NCBI GenBank assembly: GCA_963729625.1
Contig: CAVSOU010000007.1
Location: 544,001-608,000, forward strand
Length of the DNA stretch: 64,000 bases
Direction of reading: 5' to 3'
DNA from: an uncultured bacterium
GTDB lineage: Bacteria; Chloroflexota; UBA5177; JANWHV01
In this document: piece by piece, positions 8,897-18,635 of the stretch
Position numbering within the stretch: position 1 is the stretch's first letter
Layout: each line of letters opens with the position of its first letter
Notes under the pieces: model-generated
What the model was told of the DNA's origin: nothing
Database searches by the model: none
What the model saw: the letters and a program-made list of their open reading frames with translations, nothing else
Translations under genes and position numbers: made by a program

Positions 8897-10360
8897 ATGT
8901 CGCGTGTATTGCGTTGGGTGCTGCTAGTGATCGTGCTGTTCTGGGCGGCGCCACTTGTCCCCGCCGGCGCCACCGGCAGATCCGCAAGCAGCGCGGTGCT
9001 GGCGTTGCAGGTTACACCGCTGCGGCAGACGGTGATGGAGGGCAGTCATTTCGGCTTATTCGTGCATTCAGGGGCGTTCGTATCGCTAACTCTTACGGTG
9101 CAATATGCGTCGGGCCTTACAAGTGCGTACCGCGCGGCGACGGATTCGAAAGGCCGATACGTCTTTTCCTGGACAGTGCCCGAGGGCGTGAAGCTCGCGG
9201 GTGTCGCGGACATGCGCCTCACTGCCGTGCGGGGGGCCCTTGCCGCGCTCTGGCGTGGCGCTCTCACGATCACCGCGCCGCCGTTGCCTCCGCTATTCGT
9301 GCAGCCACTGCACCGGCGCTTCGAGGCGGGTACGGCCATTGACTTCTTCGTGGGCACCGCGCCGAACACGAGCTTCTCGTATACGCTCAGCACGGATGCC
9401 GGCGATGTCATCGGCGCGGGCTCCGGCACGGCAGACGCGCACGGCCGGCGGGTGGTCGACGTGCTGGATACCGTCTTGCCAAAGATCGCCACTGCAGCCT
9501 CCGTCGCGGTGACGGTAACTGCTCCCACTGGGTCGCGCACGCGCACGTCAGGTTTCGCGCTCACACCTCGACCTCCGCTCGCGCTATTCGTTTCCACGAC
9601 GGCCAAGTCGGTGCGGGCAGGGGACGGCATCCGCGTGTTTGTCTCCACCAGGCCGGGCGCTGCGGTCAACGTCACTATGGCCATAACCAGCACCTCGGTG
9701 CTGACGGCGACGGGAGTGACGGACAGGTATGGCCGTTGGGTCTACTACACGCCGCTGCTCATCGTGCTAGGTCATCAACACGTGACGAAGGTCATCGTGC
9801 AGGCCCATAGCGGGTTGGACGAGCGCACAGCCCACACCAGCTTTGTGTTACGGCCCGGTCCGCTCGGCCTCACCGCCGGAGGATACGATCGACTGGCGAC
9901 GCCGGCCGACCCGCCTCTCGATCTGAGCAAGTATTTCAGCTCCATCCCCGATAAGGTCGTCGCGGTCTCCACGGAGGGCCAGGTGCTCCGCGAGTTCGAC
10001 CATGGCGTGCTCGTGCACGAGAACTTTGTGACCACCGGGCGTCCCGAGTTGCCTACCGTCCATGGTATCTTTCACGTGTATCTCAAGCAGAGTCCGTTCA
10101 CGTTCATCTCCGCGTGGCCTCCGGGATCTCCATTCTACTTTCCGCCCAGTCCTGTCCGCTACTGGATGCCGTTCTATCTGGGCTACGGCCTGCACGATTC
10201 GCCCTGGCGGAGCGTGTATGGGCCTGGTACGAACCTTCCGCACTACTCAACCGATCCGGGTGAACCGGTCGGCAGTCACGGTTGTGTCAACATCCCGCTG
10301 GCCGATACGGTGTGGCTGTGGAACTGGGCGCCGGTTGGCACGACGGTGCTGGTCTACTGA
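8897..10360 (+). CDS. Secreted L,D-transpeptidase family protein
   Basis: Signal peptide, beta-rich N-terminal repeats, C-terminal YkuD motif GLHD...GSHGCVN. Confidence 0.88.
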   Translation: MSRVLRWVLLVIVLFWAAPLVPAGATGRSASSAVLALQVTPLRQTVMEGSHFGLFVHSGAFVSLTLTVQYASGLTSAYRAATDSKGRYVFSWTVPEGVKLAGVADMRLTAVRGALAALWRGALTITAPPLPPLFVQPLHRRFEAGTAIDFFVGTAPNTSFSYTLSTDAGDVIGAGSGTADAHGRRVVDVLDTVLPKIATAASVAVTVTAPTGSRTRTSGFALTPRPPLALFVSTTAKSVRAGDGIRVFVSTRPGAAVNVTMAITSTSVLTATGVTDRYGRWVYYTPLLIVLGHQHVTKVIVQAHSGLDERTAHTSFVLRPGPLGLTAGGYDRLATPADPPLDLSKYFSSIPDKVVAVSTEGQVLREFDHGVLVHENFVTTGRPELPTVHGIFHVYLKQSPFTFISAWPPGSPFYFPPSPVRYWMPFYLGYGLHDSPWRSVYGPGTNLPHYSTDPGEPVGSHGCVNIPLADTVWLWNWAPVGTTVLVY

Positions 10361-10399
10361 GATGGAGCGCGTGGCGGCGTAGATCCGGGAGATACGTGG

Positions 10400-11527
10400 T
10401 TGCGGCGACTTGCAATAGTGTTCGCGGTGCTACTCCTTATGATTCAGCCTCGGGCGGCCACTGCGCCTCGCGGAGCGATCGGCCTGCTGGGCGAACGCGT
10501 CGACTCGACCGCCAAATCCGTATCCACGCCTGCTCCCGTGCGAACGCCCGCGCGTGCCTCCCAGGTCGTGAAGCTACCGGAGGTCTCGCTAAGCAGCATT
10601 TTCGCGGCGCGGCCTCCGTCACTTGCCGGTCTGGATAGGCGCAAGATTGTCACCATTATGGCGACGGGTGACGTCATCCCGGCGCGCATGGTCAACGAGG
10701 TGATGACACAGCGGGACGATTTCACGTATCCATTCCTGAAGACCTACAAGTACACGCGTTCGGCGGATCTGACGCTGATAAACCTCGAGTCCCCGCTTAT
10801 TGCGGGATGCCAGGCGACCGAAACAGGCATGACGTTCTGCGGCGACCAGCGAGCGGTTGCGGGAATAAAGCTCGCGGGCGTCGATATCGCAAACCTGCCG
10901 AACAACCATATCGGCAACTACGGTGCCGACGGTATCCGTGCGACTGAGAAGCTTCTGGCGGCGAACAACATCGCCTGGGATGGTTTCGGCCACACGGTGT
11001 ACAAGAACGTCAAAGGTGTGGTATTTGCGTTCCTGGGCTTCAACGCCGTGGAGCAGAACCTCGACACCAAGGAAATGGTCCGTGAAATCAAGGGCGCGAG
11101 CAGGCGCGCAAACGTGGTGATCGTATCGATGCACTGGGGCCTGGAATACAGCCCAATCCCGATGGTAGCTCCGGGGGTGGCAGACCAGGATCCCCGCGTG
11201 CTGGCACACCTGGCCGTGGAGGCCGGCGCGGACCTGATCGTCGGTAACCACCCACACGTGGTCCAGGGTGTCGAGATCTACAAGGGCAAGTACATATCCT
11301 ATGCGTCCGGCAATTTCGTGTTCGACCAGATCAGCCTGGGTCGCTTGGATACACAGCAGGGCGTGGTCGGAACGTACACGTTCTACGGGGCAAAGCTCGT
11401 CTCAGTGCGGTACCGCCCAGTACAGATCGACGATTGGGCGCAGCCGCACTTCATCTCCTCCAAGGCGGAGGCCCCGATCTTGCAGCGAATGCTGGACGCT
11501 TCGCTGAAGATCAAGAAGGGTTACTGA
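10400..11527 (+). CDS. CapA family metallophosphatase-fold protein
   Basis: GDV, NLESP, NNHIGNYG, HWGLEY, GNHPHVVQ, SGNFVFDQ; signal peptide. Confidence 0.9.
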   Translation: MRRLAIVFAVLLLMIQPRAATAPRGAIGLLGERVDSTAKSVSTPAPVRTPARASQVVKLPEVSLSSIFAARPPSLAGLDRRKIVTIMATGDVIPARMVNEVMTQRDDFTYPFLKTYKYTRSADLTLINLESPLIAGCQATETGMTFCGDQRAVAGIKLAGVDIANLPNNHIGNYGADGIRATEKLLAANNIAWDGFGHTVYKNVKGVVFAFLGFNAVEQNLDTKEMVREIKGASRRANVVIVSMHWGLEYSPIPMVAPGVADQDPRVLAHLAVEAGADLIVGNHPHVVQGVEIYKGKYISYASGNFVFDQISLGRLDTQQGVVGTYTFYGAKLVSVRYRPVQIDDWAQPHFISSKAEAPILQRMLDASLKIKKGY

Positions 11528-11770
11528 ACGTCCTGCTCGAGCAGATTCGGTGCATTGTCGGATGAGGTCTCCTCACTTGGCGAGGGCGGTGGGCCCTCGC
11601 GATGGTGAATGTGATGAATGGAGGGCGGACATGTCTGGTCGAGCTGACATGCTGGGACCACGCGCACGGCATTTCACCTCGCCGGTGACGTTCAGCATCG
11701 GCAAGGCGAAGCCAATCGTCAGAGACTTCCTGCCTGTGATTGTGATCACGACGATCGCCGTGCGTGAGGG

Positions 11771-12706
11771 GTGAGGATGGCCATGCGTCATGTGGTAGAG
11801 AGCCAGCAGTTCGATCGGCCGCTCTTGGAGCAGGTGTTCAGCTCCGCCAATAGAATGAGAGAGGTCGCCGGAAGCGGCGGCAGCGACCTTCTGGCAGGCA
11901 GGATCATGGCAACCCTGTTCTACGAGCCGAGCACGCGTACCCGCCTGTCGTTCGAGACGGCGATGCTTCGCCTTGGCGGCCAGGTAATCACGACCGAGAA
12001 CGCGCGTGAATTCTCTTCAGCGCTCAAGGGCGAAACGATCGAGGATACGGTGCGTATCGTCGGCAGCTACGCCGACGTACTGGTGATCCGGCACTTCGAA
12101 AGTGGTGCGGCCAAGCGGGCGGCCGCCTTCTCACCCGTACCGGTGATCAACGCCGGCGACGGGCCGGGCCAGCATCCCACGCAAGCGCTGCTCGACCTCT
12201 ACACCATTCAAGCTGAGCTCGGCCACATCGACGGCATCCGCGTGGCTATGGTCGGAGACCTGGCAAACGGCCGGACGGTGCGGTCGTTGAGCTATCTCCT
12301 CGCTCTGTACCAGGACATCGAGATCACGTTCGTGGCCCCGCCAGCCGTGAGCATGCGCGAAGACATCAAGGAGTTCTTGCGTGGGCGTGGGGTGCCATTC
12401 CGAGAGGAGGAGGACCTGCGAGCCGTGCTGCCGGAATGCGACGTGGTGTACCAGACCCGCATCCAGAAGGAGCGGTTCGCGGACCGACCGGCAGATTATG
12501 AAGCGGTGCGCGGCATCTACGTGATAGATCAGGAAGCGATGGAACTATTGCCGCGTAACGCCGTCGTCATGCATCCGCTGCCGCGCGTGGACGAGATTCG
12601 CCCGGAGGTGGACGACGATCTGAGGGCCGCGTACTTCCGGCAGGCAGCGAACGGCGTGTTCGTGCGTATGGCCCTGCTCAAGCTGCTGCTGGCGCCCGAC
12701 GTGTAG
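11771..12706 (+). CDS. pyrB: Aspartate carbamoyltransferase catalytic subunit
   Basis: FYEPSTRTRLSF, HPTQALLD, YQTRIQKER, MHPLPR. Confidence 0.97.
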   Translation: MRMAMRHVVESQQFDRPLLEQVFSSANRMREVAGSGGSDLLAGRIMATLFYEPSTRTRLSFETAMLRLGGQVITTENAREFSSALKGETIEDTVRIVGSYADVLVIRHFESGAAKRAAAFSPVPVINAGDGPGQHPTQALLDLYTIQAELGHIDGIRVAMVGDLANGRTVRSLSYLLALYQDIEITFVAPPAVSMREDIKEFLRGRGVPFREEEDLRAVLPECDVVYQTRIQKERFADRPADYEAVRGIYVIDQEAMELLPRNAVVMHPLPRVDEIRPEVDDDLRAAYFRQAANGVFVRMALLKLLLAPDV

Positions 12707-12868
12707 CAAGCATACTCAGAGGCAAGCGACCGCAACCAGTCAGAGGACAGATGCGTATGTCACTGGATGAATTGTACGCGGATGTCGATCTGGAGCGGAG
12801 CTAAGGGACCTCATAAGGGCCAAGCTAGTAGCTGAGAAAACAGCAATCCAGCACAGAATGAGAGGGCG

Positions 12869-13876
12869 ATGAATTCGTACGAGCGAATGACGGCTCGCAT
12901 GCGCGGAGCAGCAGTCGACCGCGCACCGAACTTCAATATCATGATGGCCTATGCCGCCCGCCACATCGGCCGACCTCTGTCCCGCTTCTATCTGGATTAC
13001 CGGGTGCTGTGCGAGGCAAACCTGGCTGTGTTTCACGACTTCTCGCTCGACCTGGTAGGCACAATGTCCGACCCTTACGGAGAGACGGCGGATTGGGGCG
13101 CGGCGATCGAGTTTCCCGACGACGCCTTGCCCGCGTGCAAAGTGCCGCTTCTGCAGAACCTGGCGGACATTCGGAAGCTGGCTTCGCCCGATCCTGCATC
13201 GAGCCGGAGGATGAGCAACCGCCTGAGCGCGTTGCAGTTCTACCGCGCCCAGGTGGGAGGCGAGGTACCGATCCTGGGCTGGGTAGAAGGGGCGCTGGCA
13301 GAGACGGCGGACCTGCGCGGCGTCTCGCAGCTGATGATGGACCTTCATGACGATCCCGAGTCGCTGGAAGAAGTGCTTGAACGCTGCACGCAGGTGGCCA
13401 TTGCCTTCGCGCGCGCGCAGGTTCGTGCCGGCGCGGACATTATCGGACTCGGCGACGCCGTGGCCTCCCAGGTGTCACCCAGAATGTACGAGCGGTTTGC
13501 GCTGCCCTATGAACAGCGGATTTTCGCGGCAGTCCATGAGATGGGTGCCCTGGGCAGGCTCCACATCTGCGGCAATACGACCAAGATACTCGCGCTCATG
13601 GCTCGAAGCGGCGCCGACATCATCGACGTCGACTGGATGGTCGACATGGCAGCCGCGCGCGATGCTTGCGAGGGCAAGACCGTCTGCGGAAACTTCGATC
13701 CGGTGGCCGTCATGCTGCGCGGAACGCCGGAGCTGGTGCGCCAGTCGGTGCGGCAGAGCCTGGAATTGGGCGGACCACGCTGCTTCAGCATGGCCGGATG
13801 CGAGATTCCCCAGGGGACGCCAAGCGCTAACCTGCTCGCTCACGCTCGGGCTCTCGTGGAGTATGGAGCGGGCTAA
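12869..13876 (+). CDS. URO-D / MtaA-CmuA family (methylcobamide methyltransferase-like) protein
   Basis: LHICGN and AGCEIP Zn-ligand motifs, GNFDPV. Confidence 0.85.
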   Translation: MNSYERMTARMRGAAVDRAPNFNIMMAYAARHIGRPLSRFYLDYRVLCEANLAVFHDFSLDLVGTMSDPYGETADWGAAIEFPDDALPACKVPLLQNLADIRKLASPDPASSRRMSNRLSALQFYRAQVGGEVPILGWVEGALAETADLRGVSQLMMDLHDDPESLEEVLERCTQVAIAFARAQVRAGADIIGLGDAVASQVSPRMYERFALPYEQRIFAAVHEMGALGRLHICGNTTKILALMARSGADIIDVDWMVDMAAARDACEGKTVCGNFDPVAVMLRGTPELVRQSVRQSLELGGPRCFSMAGCEIPQGTPSANLLAHARALVEYGAG

Positions 13877-14217
13877 ATGCGTCCACCTACACGTTGCGGG
13901 GCGTACCGGCATTCCGTGATCGTCGGCGTCCTTGGGCGCAGACATCGTATCCGCCGCGTCCATCGCCGGCGACTGGGGGCGGGCATCGTGTCGGCCCGGT
14001 TCGCGGCAAACCGTGCCCCCGGCGCGCAAGGGCCGCTCCGCGTACGGCCACCGGGTATTCCCCACGTGTGCACGGTGACGGCGGACACGACATCCGCGCT
14101 CACAGGACACGATCGCTCACCGGCCGGCGCATTTTTCGGTCACGCCCCACGTCGAGGGCGAACACATGACCGGCATTGGCACGAGGTATACTGGCGATAC
14201 ATGAGAAAAGAAGCGAA

Positions 14218-15348
14218 ATGACTCGCCGTGACCGGCTACAACGCACTCTTGCCGGCAAGTCGGTGGATCGCCCGGCGTTCAATTTCTACGAAATCGACGG
14301 GCTGAATCAGGATCCCACGGACACGTCGCCGTTCAACATATTCGCGGATCCGTCGTGGCAACCACTGCTCGAGCTCGCTCGTGACAGATCTGATCGCATG
14401 CCTATCCGGAATCTGCCCCTCGTTCCTGCGGAAGACTGTCCGCTGGAAGCGCTCACGGAGCGCGAAGCGACGCTTGAAAACGGCTCGCTTCTGACCACGA
14501 CCAGGATTCGCTGCCCCGGACGCGTGCTCACGTCGCGCACGCGGCGCGATCGGGACGTGGACACGATCTGGACTCTCGAGCACCTGCTGAAGGATGCGGA
14601 TGACCTCAAGGCCTACCTGGACCTGCCATTGCCCCGCTACCGGGCCCTCGATATGGGGCCGATCGTTGCGGCCGAACAGGCCCTGGGTGAGACAGGCCTG
14701 GTGCTGATCAACCTGGACGATCCGCTTTGCCGCAGTGCCGAGCTCTTCAGCATGGCCGATTACCTGGTCATCGCCTTCTGGGAGTCGAGCTTGTTCCTGA
14801 GACTGCTCGATCGATTCGCACAGATCCTCTATCCGCAGGTCGAAGTCGCCTCCTCAGCACTGCCGGGCCGACCCTGGCGCGTGGTGGGCGCTGAATACGC
14901 GGGCGCGCCCTACCTGCCGCCCAGGCTCTTCAAGCAGTACCTGACGGAGCACACCGGGCCCATCGTGTCGCTGATTCAACGACAGGGTGGATTTGCCCGC
15001 ATTCACTGCCACGGAAGATTGCGCGGCATCCTTGACCACATCGCGGCGACCGGCTGCACCGGGCTCGATCCGATCGAACCGCCGCCCCAGGGGGACATGG
15101 CGCTGGCAGACGTGCGGGCGCGCTATGGCGAGCAGATGGTGCTCTACGGGAATCTGGAAGCCAATGACATCGAGATGCTGAGCCCGCATGACTTCGCGGA
15201 GAAAGTCAGGCGAGCGCTCGACGAAGGGACGCGTGGTACGGGCCGCGGCTTCGTGCTCATGCCCTCCGCCAGCCCCTACGGACGCCACCTTACGCCGCGC
15301 GCGCTGCGCAATTACGAGACCATGGTCGAGGTGGTGGAAGCGATGTGA
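14218..15348 (+). CDS. URO-D superfamily protein
   Basis: MTRRDRL start, IHCHG, DPIEPPPQGD, LYGNLE, GFVLMPS. Confidence 0.8.
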   Translation: MTRRDRLQRTLAGKSVDRPAFNFYEIDGLNQDPTDTSPFNIFADPSWQPLLELARDRSDRMPIRNLPLVPAEDCPLEALTEREATLENGSLLTTTRIRCPGRVLTSRTRRDRDVDTIWTLEHLLKDADDLKAYLDLPLPRYRALDMGPIVAAEQALGETGLVLINLDDPLCRSAELFSMADYLVIAFWESSLFLRLLDRFAQILYPQVEVASSALPGRPWRVVGAEYAGAPYLPPRLFKQYLTEHTGPIVSLIQRQGGFARIHCHGRLRGILDHIAATGCTGLDPIEPPPQGDMALADVRARYGEQMVLYGNLEANDIEMLSPHDFAEKVRRALDEGTRGTGRGFVLMPSASPYGRHLTPRALRNYETMVEVVEAM

Positions 15349-15385
15349 CCATGGTGGGCGCGGAAGCGCTCGGCCGAGACGTTCG

Positions 15386-16318
15386 TTAGCGAAACTGAGG
15401 CGCCACCTGAGCGGCGAACTGCTCCAGCCCTTCCAGATCGAACGGCGCTCCAGCACCCATGATGAAGCCACTGATGCCGAGAGCGCCGTATCTGCGAATC
15501 TTCTCGCAGATCTCTTCCGGCGTGCCGACGAGCCAGGCAGCTTGCTCCGCGGCGAGGTCCATGCCCAGCCCATCGGTGAGTGACCGGGCCTTGGCCTGCG
15601 CAGCCTCGTGGGTCGTGCCGATCACCAGCTGCGCGTGCACCGTCAGCCCGATCTCGGCCGGATCGCGTTCTATCGCCGCACATGATGCGCGCAGGCTGTC
15701 GACGGCGACGGCGATTTCCTCAGGCGAGCCTATGCCGTTCCAGGCGGCGGCCTTCCGCGCCGCGAGGCGCAGTGTGCGGCGTCCGGTCCCGCCGATCATG
15801 ATCGGTGGATACGGACGCTGCAGCGGTTTGGGCTCGCATGGCGCATCGTCGATCGTGTAGAAGGCGCCGTGATAGGTGACTCGCGGCTGCGTCCAGAGCG
15901 CCGTGACGATGTCCACGGCTTCCTCGAGCCGACTCAGTCGTTCGCCCACGGCAGGGAACGGCAGCCCATAGGCACGAAACTCGCGCTCGGCCCAGGATGC
16001 GCCGAGGGCGAACCGCAGCCGGCCGCCACTGACGTGGTCGACCATGGCCGCGCTCTTGGCCAATGTAGCCGGATCACGATAGAGCACGCCGTTGACCAGC
16101 GTTCCGACCCCGATCCGGTGAGTGACGCTGGCCATAGCCGCCAGCGTGGTCATGGTCTCGAAGCACGCGCCCGCGGGATCGCCGGCCGGGGCGAGCAGGT
16201 GATCGAAGTTCCAGACGCTCTCGTAATCCAGGTCTTCGACGGCACGCACGGCCTCAAGGTAGGCGGGCCATGTCGTGTGCCGTGGCTGCAGTTGTATGCC
16301 AAACTGTATGGGTCGCAT
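15386..16318 (-). CDS. LLM class (probably F420-dependent) oxidoreductase
   Basis: SVWNFDH, RDPATLAKSAAMVDHVSGGRL, PKPLQRPYPPIMIGG. Confidence 0.9.
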   Translation of the reverse strand: MRPIQFGIQLQPRHTTWPAYLEAVRAVEDLDYESVWNFDHLLAPAGDPAGACFETMTTLAAMASVTHRIGVGTLVNGVLYRDPATLAKSAAMVDHVSGGRLRFALGASWAEREFRAYGLPFPAVGERLSRLEEAVDIVTALWTQPRVTYHGAFYTIDDAPCEPKPLQRPYPPIMIGGTGRRTLRLAARKAAAWNGIGSPEEIAVAVDSLRASCAAIERDPAEIGLTVHAQLVIGTTHEAAQAKARSLTDGLGMDLAAEQAAWLVGTPEEICEKIRRYGALGISGFIMGAGAPFDLEGLEQFAAQVAPQFR

Positions 16319-17628
16319 CAGCTGCACCAGCGTGAGATGAAGCGCGCGCAGATCTTTGCCAGGTCAATCAGGTCGGCAATGAGCACGTATTCGTCGGGCG
16401 CATGGGCGGCCCCGCCTCCGGGCCCGAGAATGAGCGCCGGAGTTGGGCTGTAGAGATTGAAGACATAGGCATCACAGGCAAATGGCGCCCCACGCTGCCT
16501 GTACTGCCGAAAGCCAAGGCTCTCGTAGCTGTCCCGCAACGCGCTCAGGGCCGGATGGTCGAGCGGCATGCTACTCCCGGGCAGATAGCGGGTCGTGGCA
16601 ATCAACTCCGGACGACGTCCTGACGTGCTGGGATCCGCGTCCAGTTCCTGCGCTACGCGGCTCAGCAATGTCTCGTCGAATTCGTCGATGGTCGTTCCCT
16701 CGTAGATTTCGGCCCAGAAGTGTAGTCTGGTCTCGGCAGGAATGTCCAGCGATTCCAGAAAGGTGGCGCCGCCACTGCCGATCTGCGTGAGGTGGAAGGG
16801 GATATCGGGGTTGTCCCGGTAGAGCGGCGGGATGTCGCTCCGGCGTTGGCGTTCGTCGTTGAACCGCTTGATCGCGATTGCCGCTCGCGCCAGGGCCAGA
16901 ATCGGATCGGCCAGGTGCTCGCCGCCGTAGGCTCTGCCCGGTTCGCCGCGAAAGCTCAGATATGCGCCCTGCCCGCCGCGATGCGCGGGACAGACGTCCA
17001 GGTGCGTCGGCTCGCTGTTGATGGCGATATCCGCGTTGTAGCCGCGCAGGCGAGCAGCCAGCACGCCATGTGAGCCGCCATACTCTTCGTCGACGACGGT
17101 CTCGACGATCACGTCGCCGCGCCGTCTCACGCCAAGCTCGCGCAGGCAGCGAATCGCAAACAGGTGGCTGGCCAGCGCGCACTTGGTGTCGTAGCTGCCG
17201 CGCCCGTAGAGCTTTCCGTCGATGATCTCGGCGCCAAACGGCGTGCCGGTGACCCACGGTATAGTGCCGGCCGGCATTGTATCGATATGCGTAGAGAAGA
17301 GTGCCGACCGGCCTTCGCCGGTCCCGCGGAACACACCGACCACATCGGGGCGGTCGGAGAATTCTCGTGGCCGCCCGTCGACCGACGGCGAAAACGCAGG
17401 GTGCTCGCGCAATCCAGGCACGTCGTCGGGCGTAAACCAATCCACATCGGCGCCCAGCTCCAGCAGCCGATCGCGCACGAAGCGCTGAGCGTCCTTCTCG
17501 TTCCCGGTAGGAGGGTGGCTTTCGCTCGGGATACGGACGAGCGCACGAGCCGTCTCAACCAGCTCGTCACTGTGAGCGTCCACCCAACTATCGATCGCGC
17601 GATCCGTTGTGTCTGTGCTCGTGGACAT
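16318..17628 (-). CDS. M20 family metallo-deacylase (ArgE/DapE-like)
   Basis: STHIDT, GRGSYDTK, VDEEYGG, EPT, AHAPDEY. Confidence 0.9.
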   Translation of the reverse strand: MSTSTDTTDRAIDSWVDAHSDELVETARALVRIPSESHPPTGNEKDAQRFVRDRLLELGADVDWFTPDDVPGLREHPAFSPSVDGRPREFSDRPDVVGVFRGTGEGRSALFSTHIDTMPAGTIPWVTGTPFGAEIIDGKLYGRGSYDTKCALASHLFAIRCLRELGVRRRGDVIVETVVDEEYGGSHGVLAARLRGYNADIAINSEPTHLDVCPAHRGGQGAYLSFRGEPGRAYGGEHLADPILALARAAIAIKRFNDERQRRSDIPPLYRDNPDIPFHLTQIGSGGATFLESLDIPAETRLHFWAEIYEGTTIDEFDETLLSRVAQELDADPSTSGRRPELIATTRYLPGSSMPLDHPALSALRDSYESLGFRQYRQRGAPFACDAYVFNLYSPTPALILGPGGGAAHAPDEYVLIADLIDLAKICARFISRWCS

Positions 17629-17744
17629 TCTCGTCCAGCTCCTCCCATTCAGACGGCAAGCCGCCCGGTATCCAGGACGGCATTTGCGCCAGCCACGGAT
17701 GCGACGTTGCCCATTGCCAGAAAGGTCTGGACGTCAGAGCCTCG

Positions 17745-18635
17745 TCACTGGCGAAGTGCGCCCTCCATCAAGCCCTTCATGAACCACTTTTGCAGAGCGA
17801 CGAACATGACGATCGGCGGGATGATCATGACGGAGTACACGGCGGCGATGCGCGGCCATTCCCAGACGCCCGTCCCAGCCGTGGCTCCCGCCATGCCCAC
17901 CGTCAACGTGCGGGCGTTCGGCGTGGAGGTCAGCGTGAACGCCAGCAGGAATTCGCCCCACATGGAGATAAACGACAGCATGCCCACCACGATCAGGCCG
18001 TTGCCGCACAGCGGCAACACGATCTGCACGAACGTCCGCAGGATCGAGCAGCCGTCGGCGCGCGCTGCCTCCATTAGCTCCTTGGGAATGGCGCGAAACA
18101 CGCCCGACATGATGAAGGTGCTCACCACCAGGTTGATCGCGATATAGGGAAGAATCAAACCGACGAGATTATCGAGCAGATTCAGGTCAGCGCTGAGCTG
18201 ATAGATGCCGATCACAGAGGTGATCTGGCTGGGAAAGAACAGCGATGCCACCATCACGGTCAGGACCACACGCCGGCCCGGGAATTTCAGCCAGACCAGC
18301 GCATAACCGCCGAGGCTGGAGACAATCAGCACGCCGATCAGGCCGCCGGTCGTCACGATCACGCTGTTGACGAAGTAGCGAGGCAGATCCGGGATGTGAC
18401 TGAAGGCGTAGCCGTAGGCATCGAATGTGGGATGGGTCGGGAAGAACGTAATCGTGGAGTAGGCCTCGGTCAGCGACTTGAAGGACATGCTGAATACCCA
18501 GATGACCGGGATCATGGCCACAGCACAGAACAGGATCAGGACGGCATGCCGGACGAGGGCTCCCCAAGTAAACGGCAAGCGGCGACGACCTTTCCTGGGT
18601 GCACCGCCTGCAGCCGCCGGCTCACGGATCATCAC
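17745..18635 (-). CDS. Carbohydrate ABC transporter permease
   Basis: EAARADG EAA loop, about 6 TM helices. Confidence 0.93.
   Translation of the reverse strand: MMIREPAAAGGAPRKGRRRLPFTWGALVRHAVLILFCAVAMIPVIWVFSMSFKSLTEAYSTITFFPTHPTFDAYGYAFSHIPDLPRYFVNSVIVTTGGLIGVLIVSSLGGYALVWLKFPGRRVVLTVMVASLFFPSQITSVIGIYQLSADLNLLDNLVGLILPYIAINLVVSTFIMSGVFRAIPKELMEAARADGCSILRTFVQIVLPLCGNGLIVVGMLSFISMWGEFLLAFTLTSTPNARTLTVGMAGATAGTGVWEWPRIAAVYSVMIIPPIVMFVALQKWFMKGLMEGALRQ

Noticed and set aside
13877-14175. Long intergenic region, also 19541-19800, as ncRNA or CRISPR
   Set aside because: Only degenerate REP-like inverted repeats (e.g. GCGTAGCGGCC/GGCCGCTACGC); no regular repeat-spacer periodicity
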